Part shown: positions 29,831 to 41,006 of the stretch, in pieces | How the letters are laid out: every line of letters begins with the position of its first letter | How positions within the stretch are numbered: the stretch's first letter is position 1 | NCBI GenBank assembly: GCA_965248535.1 | Contig: CBDFJR010000005.1 | Coordinates: 2,112,001-2,176,000 of the forward strand | Direction of reading: 5' to 3' | Length of the DNA stretch: 64,000 nt | Source of the DNA: Phormidesmis sp. | GTDB lineage: Bacteria; Cyanobacteriota; Cyanobacteriia; Leptolyngbyales; Leptolyngbyaceae | Notes under the pieces: model-generated | Told to the model about the DNA's origin: nothing | The model's database searches: none | The model's input: only the letters and a program-made list of their open reading frames with translations | Made by a program: the position numbers and the translations under genes

Positions 29831-30271
29831 CTAACTGGGTTGTTGATACTCGATTTGCTTCGATAGATTGTTATAGCGAGCCGTTAAAATCAGCTTTTTA
29901 TCAGGCGCATACATCAGCACGGTCAAATCTTGGTTGGGAAAGGTTTTGCGGAACCCTTGAGTCAGCGATTTTGCTAAATCCTTAACCTCAGTGGGGCGCA
30001 CCTGAGATGAAATCACTGCACCCAGTTTGTCGTTATCTCGCACAAACGCATCCTTGACTAAGCCTTGACTAGCAGACACGACCCAGTTGCCAAAGTCTTG
30101 TCCTGCGGCTGAGTTGCCTCGTGCCAGTTGACCATAATTGGCCGTGCGATCGAGTTGGGTAGGGCTGATGGCTCTGGGTTCTTTAGCCGTAGCCACTCCG
30201 CAAGCCGTTGTCACTGTCAACAGCAAAACCAGCGCGAGAGCCGTTAAAACCTTACGGGCGTGTTGAAACAT
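29831..30271 (-). CDS. Hypothetical lipoprotein
   Basis: Lipobox TTAC, AGGAGG RBS. Confidence 0.8.
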   Translation of the reverse strand: MFQHARKVLTALALVLLLTVTTACGVATAKEPRAISPTQLDRTANYGQLARGNSAAGQDFGNWVVSASQGLVKDAFVRDNDKLGAVISSQVRPTEVKDLAKSLTQGFRKTFPNQDLTVLMYAPDKKLILTARYNNLSKQIEYQQPS

Positions 30272-30718
30272 GGTTACCTCCTAAAACAGGCGAATCAATC
30301 TGGAAAATGCTTTCTGAGAACGGTCAGCCATAGCCGCAGCAACCATTGAGAGAATGCAAGAACAAGTAGAGTTATGCACAATCTCACTGGCACATTCTTC
30401 CTAGATCAAAAGAAAGTTGCTCTGGCTCACAAAGTGAACCGTTTTGAGAAATCTCTTCAAACAAAACAGGCTTGAAGTAGAGCAAATTCCATTGCTTCAA
30501 ATCTACCGATCAGCTTGGACAGCAGCACCTATCTACAGAAACAAGGTGAGTATGAAACCACTACTCACAACGGACAACCGACCGAACAGAGTAAAATGTT
30601 CGCCCAGCACCTTTGGGTAGATGAACAACTTAAACCTTTGGCTGAGGAAGCACCAAGTGGGTTGCTTTAGCCTTAAGTGAAAGGTGTTAAAACACTTCAG
30701 ACCCTTGAGGAAATCAAA

Positions 30719-31618
30719 ATGGCACTTCATAGAATTAAAGACTTTGACCCTAACTATCGCCACCACTTTGAAGATCAACATTACATTCTGGACTATGACC
30801 TTTATTCTGGCACCGAGAAAGTAGGGTCTGTTAAAGATTTGCTTGTGGATGACAATGGCAAATTTCGCTATCTGGTAATTCACACGGGCGGCTGGTTTAT
30901 GGGCAAAAATGTACTGCTCCCGATCGGGCGTTCTGAAATTGACTATGCCAAGCAGTGTGTCTATGCAAATGGTCTCACTCGCGAGCAAGTCGAGGCGTTG
31001 CCTGAGTATCGAGAAGGCGAGGTCGTAGACTATGAGAAAGAAGAACAAGTGAGAGGCATCTATCGTCCGATGGTAGACGCTCCTCTAACCACTACAGCCC
31101 CCCTCGCACCTGCTCCCCTTGAAGCTGCGGCTCTAGACTATAACCGCGACACCTATAGCTACGATCGTGAACCCGCCCTCTACAATCTAGATGAGCAAAA
31201 GCACCCCAGTCTCAAGCTCTATGAAGAGCGGCTGATTGCTAACAAAACTCGCGCTAAAACCGGAGAAGTCACGATCGGCAAGCGAGTCGAAACCGACACC
31301 GCTCAAGTCTCGGTGCCGATCGAAAAAGAGCGAGTCGTGATCGAGCGCACTACTCCTGTGAATGCTGGTGCAACGGTTACTCCTGACGCTACGGCCTTTG
31401 CTGAAGGCGAAGTCGCACGGGTAGAGGTCTATGAAGAAACTCCCGACATTCACAAAGAAGCGTTTGTGCGCGAAGAAGTGCGGGTCAAGAAGGTCGTTGA
31501 CCAAGACACCGTGACGGCTGAAGAACAGCTTCGTCGAGAAGAGCTAGACATCGACACCGAGGGCCGCCCCGTCATCGATAAAGGCGCAGATTTAAGCAGT
31601 GGCAGAGGGTTGACCTAA
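30719..31618 (+). CDS. PRC-barrel + DUF2382 protein (AvaK-like)
   Basis: KVGSVKDLLVD..FRYLVI..GKNVLLPIG PRC barrel; C-terminal DUF2382. Confidence 0.9.
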   Translation: MALHRIKDFDPNYRHHFEDQHYILDYDLYSGTEKVGSVKDLLVDDNGKFRYLVIHTGGWFMGKNVLLPIGRSEIDYAKQCVYANGLTREQVEALPEYREGEVVDYEKEEQVRGIYRPMVDAPLTTTAPLAPAPLEAAALDYNRDTYSYDREPALYNLDEQKHPSLKLYEERLIANKTRAKTGEVTIGKRVETDTAQVSVPIEKERVVIERTTPVNAGATVTPDATAFAEGEVARVEVYEETPDIHKEAFVREEVRVKKVVDQDTVTAEEQLRREELDIDTEGRPVIDKGADLSSGRGLT

Positions 31619-31679
31619 CTAAACAGTGGCGCTGTAATGATCAACACTTGTCTCATGAGGTTGAGTCTTTACAACTGAT

Positions 31680-31715
31680 GCAGGTAGGGCTATTGTTCGC
31701 TCTACCTGCTCTTTT
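31680..31715 (+). terminator. Rho-independent terminator
   Basis: GCAGGTAGGGC..GCTCTACCTGC followed by TCTTTT. Confidence 0.65.
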
Positions 31716-31897
31716 AAGTAGGTGGGCACGCTTAATAGGGAAGATGCTCGTAGGTGAGTTGAAGAGCGAAACCTAGTATCAGTAAGAGTTACACTATCGC
31801 TAATTTATTCTGAAAATCATTCAATCTCCCTAGTTTATTTTAGTACCTTAGTTCTAAGTGTTGAACATTTTGAGTAAGCATCCGACTAAGCAATAGT

Positions 31898-32404
31898 ATG
31901 AACCCTCTCAAATTAAGTCCTGAAGATTGTTCGGCTTTTGGACGGCTTGTTTTGCAATATCTTCAGGAAAACCCGCAGACGAATATGAGCCAGTTGGCCA
32001 AGCAAATTAGAATTTCTCGCACAGGGCTGGGCTGGATCTGTCGCAAGCGCAGCGGCCCCGATGAAGAAACCGCGAAAAGAATTGCTCAAGCTATTGGGAT
32101 TGATATGACAAAAGTGGCGCGGCTGGTTTACGAAAACAAATTAGAGAATCTGGCTAACTTAGGCGGATTGCACTATCTCGCTAAACTCGAAAATGACCCC
32201 GTGAAAAGACCGATTCCGATCGAGGATGCGATCGCGGGTCTAAATTCCGTTTTTCACGCTTTTCACTACGTCACCCGCAGCATTCCTGACGTAGAAAAGC
32301 CGTCAGACTTTCAGATTTATAGACAATCATTTGAGGTTGTGAAAACTCAATTTCTTAAAAGCAAAAAAACTCTTAGACGACAAAAGATGCCAGATCTGAG
32401 TTAA
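31898..32404 (+). CDS. XRE-like helix-turn-helix protein
   Basis: MSQLAKQIRISRTGLGWIC..PDEETAKRIAQAIG. Confidence 0.7.
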   Translation: MNPLKLSPEDCSAFGRLVLQYLQENPQTNMSQLAKQIRISRTGLGWICRKRSGPDEETAKRIAQAIGIDMTKVARLVYENKLENLANLGGLHYLAKLENDPVKRPIPIEDAIAGLNSVFHAFHYVTRSIPDVEKPSDFQIYRQSFEVVKTQFLKSKKTLRRQKMPDLS

Positions 32405-32506
32405 CTCGCCGCCGTCGATCGCTGCCCACCGCTCTCAACCTCCCTGAAACAGAGAGTATCATTGCAATAATTACTCGTTTATGCGGGCGGCAGGGAGAAT
32501 CGTAAG

Positions 32507-35500
32507 ATGAAATCTCGTCAAACTGAGCAGCTTTTTGCTGGCAGCGGTGAGATGGCGATGCGGATGCGATCGCACGACTGGTCAAAAACTTCATTGGGCG
32601 CAGTCGAAACTTGGTCGCAGAGTTTGAAAACCGCCGTCCGCATTATGCTCACCTCTAGTCAGCCGATGTGGGTGTGGTGGGGTGAAGAACTGCTCAACCT
32701 CTACAACGATTCCTATATCCCGATTATGGGAGGCAAGCACCCTGCCCTCTTTGCCAAGCCCGGCTCAGAAGTGTGGCGAGAAATTTGGGATGAGCTTTAT
32801 CCCAGAGTTGAATCGGCAATGCTCAACAATGAGGGCACTTATGATGAGTCGATGCTGCTGATTATGGAGCGCAACGGCTACCCCGAAGAAACCTACTATA
32901 CGTTTTCCTATAGCCCCATTCCCGACGATCAGGGCAACCCCGGTGGGATCATCTGTGCCAACACTGACGACACTCAGCGAATGCTCGGAGAGCGACAGCT
33001 AGCCCTCTTGCGAGAACTAGCAGCCCAGACGACCGATGCCCGAACCTTGGATGAAGCCTGCACCATGAGTGCAAAATGCTTAGAGACTAACCCCTATGAT
33101 CTCCCCTTTGCGCTGATTTATCTGGTCGAACCCGATCGCCAGCAGGCTGTTTTGGTCGCCACCAGCGGCATTAGTCCCCACCATGCTGCCGTTCCTCAAA
33201 CGGTCGATCTAGAAACCGATTTTGCTTGGTCATTGGCTGAGGTGATGCAAACCCAAAAGTCGGCGATCGCAGAGTTAGCCACCCAGGTTAGTGATCTGCA
33301 TGATTGGCCCACCGGAGCCTGGGATCGCGTCGCCCATCAAGCGGTGGTGATGCCCCTTGGCGCAAGGCGCAGCGCCGAAGGAGTCGCCCTTGCGGGATCA
33401 AGCGGGCAATCGGGAATGATGGTTGTGGGGTTAAACCCCCTCAGACTTTTTGACGACAACTACCGCAGCTTTCTCGATCTCGTCGCCGGACAAATCACCG
33501 CCACGATCGCCAACGCCAACGCCTATGAAGAAGAACGCAAACGGGTTGAAGCCCTCGCCGAACTCGATCAAGCCAAAACGTTATTTTTCACCAACGTCTC
33601 TCACGAGTTTCGCACCCCGCTGACGCTGATGCTGAGTCCGTTAGAAGAACTTGCTAGGACGCTTGATGATCGCTTGCAGCCTGACGAACGAGAACAGTTA
33701 GATCTGGTGCAGCGTAACGGGTTGCGATTGCAGAAGTTAGTCAATATGCTGCTTGATTTTTCGCGAATCGAAGCCGGACGCATGCAGGCGGTTTATGAAC
33801 CGATTGATCTGTCTACCTACACAGCCGAACTCGCCAGCGCTTTTCGATCGCTGATTGAGCAGTCGGGGCTGTCGCTCAACGTTGAGTGCCCGCCCTTGCC
33901 CGAAGCGGTGTTTGTCGATCGCGAGATGTGGGAAAAAATCGTTCTCAATCTGCTATCAAACGCATTCAAATTTACATTCACTGGAGCGATCACGGTGCGA
34001 TTGCGGTGGTTAGAAAACCGGGTTGAACTCAGGGTTTTAGACACCGGGGTTGGCATCGCCTCTGACGAGGTGCCGCATCTGTTTGAGCGCTTTCATCGGG
34101 TCGAAAACTCCCAAGGTCGCAGTTTTGAAGGCTCAGGCATTGGTCTATCTCTCGTGCAAGAACTTGTCAAACTCCACGGCGGCACGATCGTGGTTTCTAG
34201 TACCTTTGGGCAAGGCAGTTGCTTTACGGTTTCCATTCCCACCGGAACGGCGCACTTGCCGCCTGAGCAGATTCGGGCTAGTCACACCTTAGCGTCAACG
34301 GCGATCGGGGTGATGCCCTTTGTCGAAGAAGCTCAACGGTGGTTGCCTCATGGCGAACAGGATGCCCTCACGATCGATCAGAGCGTTCCACCCTCCCTAG
34401 TGTCTCAAAGCCGCATTGCCTCACCCGTCCCACGGCCTCCGCAGGCTCACATTTTGCTGGCAGATGACAACGCCGATATGCGCGACTACATCCAGCGATT
34501 GCTTCAGGGTGCTTATACGGTTCAAACCGTTGCCGATGGCAGGGCCGCTTTGACGGCCATTCAAACTCGCCTCCCTGATCTGGTCTTGACTGATGTGATG
34601 ATGCCCAAAATGGATGGGTTTGAGTTGCTGCGCTGGCTGCGGTCTAACGCCACCACTCAAGAGATTCCGATCATTCTATTATCGGCCCGCGCAGGCGAAG
34701 AATCTCGCATTGAAGGGCTAGAAGCCGGAGCCGATGACTATCTGATTAAACCGTTCTCAGCGCGAGAACTGCTGGCGCGAGTCGAAGCAAGTTTGAAGCT
34801 GGCTCAGTTAAGACGGGAGGCGACTGAGCGAGAGCAAACCATCTTGAAGCGCGTCACCGATGCGTTTGCGGCGCTAGATCTCGATTTTCGCTTTACCTAT
34901 GCCAACGAAGCCGCTCAACAACTGTCGCAAACGCCCTTGTCAGCCCTATTGGGCAAAACGATCTGGGAAGCATTTCCCGCGACGATCGCGACTCAGTTTG
35001 AGGTGCAATATCGCCGATCGCTAACGGAGCAGATTGCGGTGGAATTTGAAGACTATTATGCTCCTCTTGACTTGTGGGTTGAGGTTCACGCTTATCCGTC
35101 TCCCACGGGGTTGTCTATTTTCGTTCGAGATATCAGCGATCGCAAGCGCGTCGAATCGGTGCGTCTGCGTCTAGCCGAAGAACGCGAACAACTCCTGCAC
35201 CGCGAACAAGCCGCCCGCGAACAAGCCGAGACGGCCAACCGCATCAAAGACGAGTTTCTAGCCGTGTTATCACACGAACTTCGCACTCCCATGAATCCGA
35301 TTTTGGGCTGGTCGAGTCTGCTGCGTCAGGGCAGGTTAGACCCTGCAAAAACCACTCAGGCGGTGACCATCATTGAGCGCAACGCCAAACTCCAGGTGCA
35401 ACTGATCGATGACTTGCTGGATATTTCTCGAATTTTGCGCGGCAAGCTAGTGCTGAATATGTTTCCGGTTGATCTAAACTTCGCCATTAGTGCGGCGTTA

Positions 35501-36379
35501 GAAACGGTGCGGTTAGCGATCGATGCAAAAGCGATCAATCTACAAACTCAGCTAGACCGAACTATAAAAACCGTAATGGGCGATGTGGGGCGGCTCCAGC
35601 AAGTGATGTGGAATCTGTTGTCAAATGCCGTCAAGTTCACGCCTACTGGGGGGCAGATCACCGTAGTGCTCAAGCAAGTCGGAGCCACCGCCCAGATTCA
35701 AGTCATCGACACGGGCAAAGGCATTCATCCTGATTTTTTGCCCTATGTATTTGAGCATTTTCGTCAAGAAGATGCCGCTACAACGCGAAAATTTGGCGGG
35801 CTGGGGTTAGGGCTGGCGATCGTGCGCCAAATTGTCGAGATGCACGGTGGGCAGGTAGAGGTTGCCAGTCAAGGCGAAGGACTCGGCACCACTTTTACAG
35901 TCAAGATTCCCCTTCGAGATCATTCAGACTTGACGGCTGACGATCGGGCCCGGTTGGGTGATTCACCGATCGCCGATCAGCACTCACCGCTAGCAGGTCG
36001 CCACATTCTTGTCGTGGATGATGAGGCAGATTCTTTAGAGCTAATTGGGTTTGTCCTAGAGCAAGCGGGCGCGATCGTCAGCCTTGCGCCGTCGGGCATC
36101 GCCGCCCTACAGTCGCTTACCCCTGCGGAGAAGGGCCTAGCCGTTTTTGACCTAATTGTGAGCGATATTGGGATGCCAGAAATGGACGGTTATCATCTGA
36201 TGCAGCAGATTCGGCAGCTAGAGCTAGCCCGGCCTATGCCCGCGATCGCTCTAACGGCCTATGCGGGAGAACTGGATCAACAACACGCGATCGCTGCTGG
36301 GTTTCAACGCCACTTAATCAAACCGATCGAGCCTGATGAGTTGGTGAAAACTATCACGGATTTGCTGCGATCAAAGTAA
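32507..36379 (+). CDS. Hybrid sensor kinase: PAS/GAF-HisKA-HATPase-REC-PAS-HisKA-HATPase-REC
   Basis: Two H-boxes ([16 protein letters not shown]), two G-boxes, two receivers (TDVMMP, SDIGMP). Confidence 0.95.
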   Translation: MKSRQTEQLFAGSGEMAMRMRSHDWSKTSLGAVETWSQSLKTAVRIMLTSSQPMWVWWGEELLNLYNDSYIPIMGGKHPALFAKPGSEVWREIWDELYPRVESAMLNNEGTYDESMLLIMERNGYPEETYYTFSYSPIPDDQGNPGGIICANTDDTQRMLGERQLALLRELAAQTTDARTLDEACTMSAKCLETNPYDLPFALIYLVEPDRQQAVLVATSGISPHHAAVPQTVDLETDFAWSLAEVMQTQKSAIAELATQVSDLHDWPTGAWDRVAHQAVVMPLGARRSAEGVALAGSSGQSGMMVVGLNPLRLFDDNYRSFLDLVAGQITATIANANAYEEERKRVEALAELDQAKTLFFTNVSHEFRTPLTLMLSPLEELARTLDDRLQPDEREQLDLVQRNGLRLQKLVNMLLDFSRIEAGRMQAVYEPIDLSTYTAELASAFRSLIEQSGLSLNVECPPLPEAVFVDREMWEKIVLNLLSNAFKFTFTGAITVRLRWLENRVELRVLDTGVGIASDEVPHLFERFHRVENSQGRSFEGSGIGLSLVQELVKLHGGTIVVSSTFGQGSCFTVSIPTGTAHLPPEQIRASHTLASTAIGVMPFVEEAQRWLPHGEQDALTIDQSVPPSLVSQSRIASPVPRPPQAHILLADDNADMRDYIQRLLQGAYTVQTVADGRAALTAIQTRLPDLVLTDVMMPKMDGFELLRWLRSNATTQEIPIILLSARAGEESRIEGLEAGADDYLIKPFSARELLARVEASLKLAQLRREATEREQTILKRVTDAFAALDLDFRFTYANEAAQQLSQTPLSALLGKTIWEAFPATIATQFEVQYRRSLTEQIAVEFEDYYAPLDLWVEVHAYPSPTGLSIFVRDISDRKRVESVRLRLAEEREQLLHREQAAREQAETANRIKDEFLAVLSHELRTPMNPILGWSSLLRQGRLDPAKTTQAVTIIERNAKLQVQLIDDLLDISRILRGKLVLNMFPVDLNFAISAALETVRLAIDAKAINLQTQLDRTIKTVMGDVGRLQQVMWNLLSNAVKFTPTGGQITVVLKQVGATAQIQVIDTGKGIHPDFLPYVFEHFRQEDAATTRKFGGLGLGLAIVRQIVEMHGGQVEVASQGEGLGTTFTVKIPLRDHSDLTADDRARLGDSPIADQHSPLAGRHILVVDDEADSLELIGFVLEQAGAIVSLAPSGIAALQSLTPAEKGLAVFDLIVSDIGMPEMDGYHLMQQIRQLELARPMPAIALTAYAGELDQQHAIAAGFQRHLIKPIEPDELVKTITDLLRSK

Positions 36380-36466
36380 GTCCAGCATTTCGCGACTCAT
36401 GATCAGGGACAATTTCTTGCCGGAAAGCCACGATCGCTTGCAGCTTTGGTCGAACCATGAGCTTTA

Positions 36467-36633
36467 TAGACCTCGTGCATGAATAGAATTTTAGAGTAAA
36501 CTTGCGCTGCGTTGAGTTCTGTTTGTGCCCCCTAAATCCCCCATTCTGGGGGACTTTGAGCCAAGTTCTGATTTCAAAGTCCCCCAGAATGGGGGATTTA
36601 GGGGGCGTTCCTAGATTCGTGGAGGAGGTTTTA
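36467..36633. mobile_element. MITE with internal perfect 33-bp inverted repeat (36527-36606)
   Basis: TIRs TAGACCTCGTGCATGAAT / ATTCGTGGAGGAGGTTTTA; arms GCCCCCTAAATCCCCCATTCTGGGGGACTTTGA and its reverse complement. Confidence 0.7.
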
Positions 36634-36866
36634 TACCAATTTGATTTGTGAATGCGACAGATCCGCACGAGGGCACGGCAGTGCCATGCCCGTACAAAAA
36701 GCGTAGGGGCATGGCATGCCGTGCCCCGTCGGATTGAACGATCAGTCGCAATTGCATCCGAAATTGGGGCACGGCAGTGCCATGCCCGTACAAAAAGCGT
36801 AGGGGCATGGCATGCCGTGCCCCGTCGGATTGAACGATCAGTCGCAATTGCATCCGAAATTGGTAT
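36633..36866. mobile_element. REP-doublet MITE with exact 96-bp tandem duplication (36671-36863)
   Basis: TIRs ATACCAATTTG..TGCGAC / GTCGCA..AAATTGGTAT; inverted REP pair GGGCACGGCAGTGCCATGCCCGTAC / GTAGGGGCATGGCATGCCGTGCCCC. Confidence 0.75.
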
Positions 36867-37827
36867 TATGATCAGCCAAAAAATCGCCAACCCGATTCCA
36901 CACTTGATCTACAAGATCAGAACGATCGGCATCAAACCATTCAATGCTAGAGTCTGCCCGAAACCAAGTCCGCTGTCGTTTAGCAAATTGACGAGTGTGC
37001 AGCACAATCAACTTTTCGGCTTCTGAGAGAGAACTATCACCCTTCAAATATTGCTTCATTTCGCCATAGCCCAGCGTGTTTAAGAGCGGTAAATCTTCGC
37101 CATATTTTTTGCACAGCATTTTCACCTCCGTTTCAAATCCCATTTCCAGCATTTGTCGGGTGCGTTGCTCAATGCGCCGATCGCTTGCCTCGACATTTTC
37201 ACAATCCAACCCGATCTGAAGAATCGGATAACTCGGCGGATATTCGCCCTGTTGCTCGGTGATCGGGCGACCCGTGACGTAATAAACCTCTAGCGCTCTC
37301 AGCGTTCTCACCTGATCGTTGGCGTGAATTCGGTCAGCAGACTCCGGATCGACCTGCCGCAGGAATGAATAGAGTTGAGGTTGCCCCAAGGTTTTAAGCT
37401 GCGATCGTAGCTCCATCTGCGGCGCAACTCTAGGGATCTTAAGACCCCGCACGATCGACTTTATATAGAGTCCTGTGCCGCCTACCAAAAGTTTAGATCC
37501 AGGGGTTTGAATGATTGACTGCGCTAGCCCTTGATATTGGGCGAGAGTCAGAGTCTCGATCGGGTCGCAAATATCAATCAAATCGTGAGGAACCAGCGCT
37601 TGTTCTAAAAGAGTCGGTTTGGCTGTTCCGATGTTAAACTCTCGATACACTTGACGAGAATCGGCGCTGATAATCCTTGCATTGAGCCGCTGGGCTAGAG
37701 AAGCCGCCAAGCTAGACTTCCCCGTTGCCGTGGCTCCACACACTATAATGAGAGATGGTACAGATGTATTAAATTCTGAAAAGATGCGATCGGAACTGAC
37801 TTCTTCAGGCAAAATAAGCTGATCCAT
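36838..37827 (-). CDS. miaA: tRNA dimethylallyltransferase
   Basis: GATATGKS, ISADSRQVY, GTAKP, VGGTGLY, TRQFAKRQRTWF; start uncertain. Confidence 0.96.
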   Translation of the reverse strand: MDQLILPEEVSSDRIFSEFNTSVPSLIIVCGATATGKSSLAASLAQRLNARIISADSRQVYREFNIGTAKPTLLEQALVPHDLIDICDPIETLTLAQYQGLAQSIIQTPGSKLLVGGTGLYIKSIVRGLKIPRVAPQMELRSQLKTLGQPQLYSFLRQVDPESADRIHANDQVRTLRALEVYYVTGRPITEQQGEYPPSYPILQIGLDCENVEASDRRIEQRTRQMLEMGFETEVKMLCKKYGEDLPLLNTLGYGEMKQYLKGDSSLSEAEKLIVLHTRQFAKRQRTWFRADSSIEWFDADRSDLVDQVWNRVGDFLADHNTNFGCNCD

Positions 37828-37954
37828 CCCTCTAATAAACTTGGCTTGATAGTGGCTCAAAATCGCTTATAAGCCTTTTGTGTTAAAATTTTTATAGATT
37901 CTGTCCTCTGAATCCATTAGAGAGTTTCAGACCGCCCAAGGGAGCGCTTCAACT

Positions 37955-39895
37955 ATGACGACAAATTACGGTGCTGATCAGATTCAAGTCCTCGAAGGTC
38001 TTGAGCCTGTTCGGAAGCGACCGGGAATGTATATCGGCACCACAGGGCCACGAGGACTTCACCACCTAGTTTACGAGGTTGTAGACAACTCGGTTGACGA
38101 AGCGCTGGCGGGCTATTGCAAAAACATTCAAGTTGCCCTCAACGAAGACGGCTCGGTGTCAGTCACAGACGACGGGCGCGGCATTCCGACCGACATTCAC
38201 CCGCGCACGGGCAGGTCAGCCCTTGAGACGGTGATGACCATCCTCCACGCAGGCGGCAAGTTTGGCGGCGGTGGCTATAAAGTCTCTGGCGGTTTGCACG
38301 GGGTCGGCATCTCGGTGGTTAACGCCCTGTCTGAGTGGGTTGAGGTGACGGTTTGGCGCGAGAAAAAAGTTCATACCCAGCGCTTTGAGCGCGGCATCGC
38401 CATCGGCGAACTGAAGAGTAAGCCCAGCCCTGAGCCGACGCGCACCGGAACCTCGGTTTCGTTTTTGCCCGACACGACGATCTTTTTGGGTGGAATTGAG
38501 TTTGACTATGCCACGATCGCCGGACGGCTCCGCGAACTCGCCTACCTCAACGGTGGCGTGAGAATCACCTTCACCGACAGCCGCCCCGCCTCCCTCGAAG
38601 ACGGACAGCCCCACGTCGAACTCTTCTTCTATGAAGGCGGCATCCGCGAATATATCAGCTACATGAACCGCGACAAGCAACCTCTGCACGAGGAAGTGAT
38701 CTACGTGCAGGGTGAGCGCAATAACGTTCATGTCGAGGTTTCGCTGCAATGGTGTGTCGATGCCTACACCGATAATATTCTCGGTTTTGCCAACAACATT
38801 CGCACGATCGACGGCGGCACCCACCTCGAAGGTCTCAAAGCCGTCTTGACGAGAACGCTGAACGCGATCGCCCGCAAGCGCAACAAAATCAAAGAAGGAG
38901 AACCCAACTTAGCGGGGGAAAATATTCGGGAAGGACTGACGGGCGTGATCTCAGTCAAAGTCCCTGATCCCGAATTTGAAGGGCAAACCAAGACCAAGCT
39001 GGGCAACACCGAAGTTCGCGGCATTGTCGATTCTCTCGTCGGCGAAGTCTTGACCGAGTATCTACAATTCCGTCCGGCTGTATCGGATGCGATTTTAGAA
39101 AAAGCGATTCAGGCATTTAACGCTGCCGAGGCTGCAAGACGGGCGCGAGAACTCGTTCGTCGCAAGTCGGTTCTAGAATCATCAACTCTGCCCGGAAAGC
39201 TGGCAGACTGTGCCTCTCGCGACCCCAGCGAGTCAGAAATCTTCATCGTAGAAGGGGATTCTGCGGGCGGATCTGCCAAACAGGGGCGCGATCGTCGCTT
39301 CCAAGCCATCTTGCCTCTGCGGGGGAAAATTCTCAACATTGAGAAAACTGATGACTCCAAAATCTACAAAAATACCGAAATTCAGGCGCTGATCACGGCG
39401 CTGGGGTTGGGCATCAAGGGCGAAGAATTTGACTCGTCTCAACTGCGCTATCACCGCATTGTGATCATGACGGACGCAGACGTAGACGGCGCGCACATTC
39501 GGACGCTATTGTTGACCTTCTTTTATCGCTATCAGCGTTTGATGGTTGACCAAGGCTATATCTATATCGCCTGTCCGCCGCTCTATAAAATCGAGCGCGG
39601 GCGCAACCACTACTACTGCTATAGCGAACGCGAACGCGATGCGCGAATTGCAGAGTTTCCGGCCAACGCCAACTACACGATTCAGCGCTTTAAAGGTCTC
39701 GGTGAAATGATGCCCCAACAGCTTTGGGATACCACCATGAATCCTGAGACGCGCACCTTTAGACGGATTGAAATTGAGGATGCCGCCGAAGCCGATCGGG
39801 TGTTTACGGTGCTGATGGGCGATCGGGTGGCTCCGCGTCGTGAGTTTATCGAAACCTATGGCTCTAAGATGAATCTGGCAGACTTGGATATCTAA
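37955..39895 (+). CDS. gyrB: DNA gyrase subunit B
   Basis: [33 protein letters not shown]; no intein. Confidence 0.98.
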   Translation: MTTNYGADQIQVLEGLEPVRKRPGMYIGTTGPRGLHHLVYEVVDNSVDEALAGYCKNIQVALNEDGSVSVTDDGRGIPTDIHPRTGRSALETVMTILHAGGKFGGGGYKVSGGLHGVGISVVNALSEWVEVTVWREKKVHTQRFERGIAIGELKSKPSPEPTRTGTSVSFLPDTTIFLGGIEFDYATIAGRLRELAYLNGGVRITFTDSRPASLEDGQPHVELFFYEGGIREYISYMNRDKQPLHEEVIYVQGERNNVHVEVSLQWCVDAYTDNILGFANNIRTIDGGTHLEGLKAVLTRTLNAIARKRNKIKEGEPNLAGENIREGLTGVISVKVPDPEFEGQTKTKLGNTEVRGIVDSLVGEVLTEYLQFRPAVSDAILEKAIQAFNAAEAARRARELVRRKSVLESSTLPGKLADCASRDPSESEIFIVEGDSAGGSAKQGRDRRFQAILPLRGKILNIEKTDDSKIYKNTEIQALITALGLGIKGEEFDSSQLRYHRIVIMTDADVDGAHIRTLLLTFFYRYQRLMVDQGYIYIACPPLYKIERGRNHYYCYSERERDARIAEFPANANYTIQRFKGLGEMMPQQLWDTTMNPETRTFRRIEIEDAAEADRVFTVLMGDRVAPRREFIETYGSKMNLADLDI

Positions 39896-39930
39896 GATTT
39901 GTCGGTTGCAAACTCAGTGACATTAGGATC

Positions 39931-39963
39931 AAAGCAGCTATCTTCAGAGGATGGCTGCTTTTT
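39931..39963. terminator. Bidirectional terminator
   Basis: AAAGCAGCTATC-loop-GATGGCTGCTTTTT between convergent genes. Confidence 0.75.
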
Positions 39964-39984
39964 ATGGTTAGAACGGATTAAGCC

Positions 39985-40245
39985 CTACTTCTGTTTCGAC
40001 TTGGGCGGCGATCGGTGGGCCCCAAAATATTTCTCACTGCGATAGCGCAGCCACACCCGCAGCACTTGCGGAATCTGCTCTTTTTGCTCTTTTGTCAGCG
40101 TGTTGTAGAGGGCTAATGCCCGCTCTCGCTCTCCCCGACAGGCAGCGTTATTGTGGGCATCCCAATAGCTGCGGGCAACTCGAATCCGCCGACAGACTTC
40201 TTTGACGAGCGCTTCTCCAGTGAGCGGATTCTCCTTTTTTGCCAT
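39985..40245 (-). CDS. Small conserved cyanobacterial protein
   Basis: RSYWDAHNNAACRGER..WLRYRSEKYFG. Confidence 0.7.
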   Translation of the reverse strand: MAKKENPLTGEALVKEVCRRIRVARSYWDAHNNAACRGERERALALYNTLTKEQKEQIPQVLRVWLRYRSEKYFGAHRSPPKSKQK

Positions 40246-40327
40246 ACTCAACTTTGGTCGCTTTTCTGCCCGATCGTAGCTTGTCAACGATCGCCTAGCC
40301 ACAATTCAAAAACACTGTCGCGCAGAA

Positions 40328-40852
40328 TCACGGCTTGTGCGGAGTCAAGGAGGCTCCTAGCATTTCAGACAGCCACACCTCAAAATTGTGAATTGGATAG
40401 CGTCGAACCGCTTCGGCCGGGTCTACCATCGGCTTGACCAAAACCGTAAACATTCCCAATCGGTTTCCTGCCAGCACGTCAGTAAACAAGCGATCGCCCA
40501 CCATTCCCACCTGATGAGGGGGTAGATTCATCCCCGCTAGGGCCCGTCTGAGTTTGCGACGCGACGGCTTTCCGGCCCCAACGATATAGGGCAGACGGAG
40601 CGGCTCGGCAATGCGCTTGATCCGCGCTTCGCTGATGTTGTTGCTGACCAACCAAAGTGTTGCCACCTGCTGAACCGCTTCAATCCACGGCTGTAGCTCT
40701 TCAGGAGCGTGAGCCGAGGTAATCGGCACAAGGGTTTCATCAACATCCAACACTAGCCCTTTGAGACCAGAACGGCAGATGATTTCGGGAGTCAAACTGA
40801 GAATGGAACTTTCTAAAATCAGGTCAGGTTGAAGGAGGTTGCCCCAAGACAT
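40328..40852 (-). CDS. YqeG-family HAD IIIA phosphatase
   Basis: DVDETL, VSNN, KP, VGDRLFTDV. Confidence 0.92.
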   Translation of the reverse strand: MSWGNLLQPDLILESSILSLTPEIICRSGLKGLVLDVDETLVPITSAHAPEELQPWIEAVQQVATLWLVSNNISEARIKRIAEPLRLPYIVGAGKPSRRKLRRALAGMNLPPHQVGMVGDRLFTDVLAGNRLGMFTVLVKPMVDPAEAVRRYPIHNFEVWLSEMLGASLTPHKP

Positions 40853-41006
40853 AAAACGCAGCCTATTGATAAGGGAATCTTAACTTAGTTGAACGAGTGC
40901 TCTGCTTAACTTCTATCTAGAGATAGAGATCGGTGTAGAGTAAAATATGATAGCAAACGTGTCTGCGATCGCTTCAAGACAGACCTCAAAGTCCACCCTC
41001 CCCTGT

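Noticed and set aside
30533..31048. 171-aa antisense ORF and similar shadow ORFs (e.g. 38216..38824)
   Set aside because: Opposite well-supported genes, with no motifs
22032..36460. Integrative island at tRNA-Thr
   Set aside because: No integrase, no duplicated tRNA 3' end seen, and HIP1 sites are as common as in core genes
36354..37026. ORFs 36354..36890, 36611..36853 and 36652..37026
   Set aside because: Translations of MITE/REP repeats and of the miaA antisense strand
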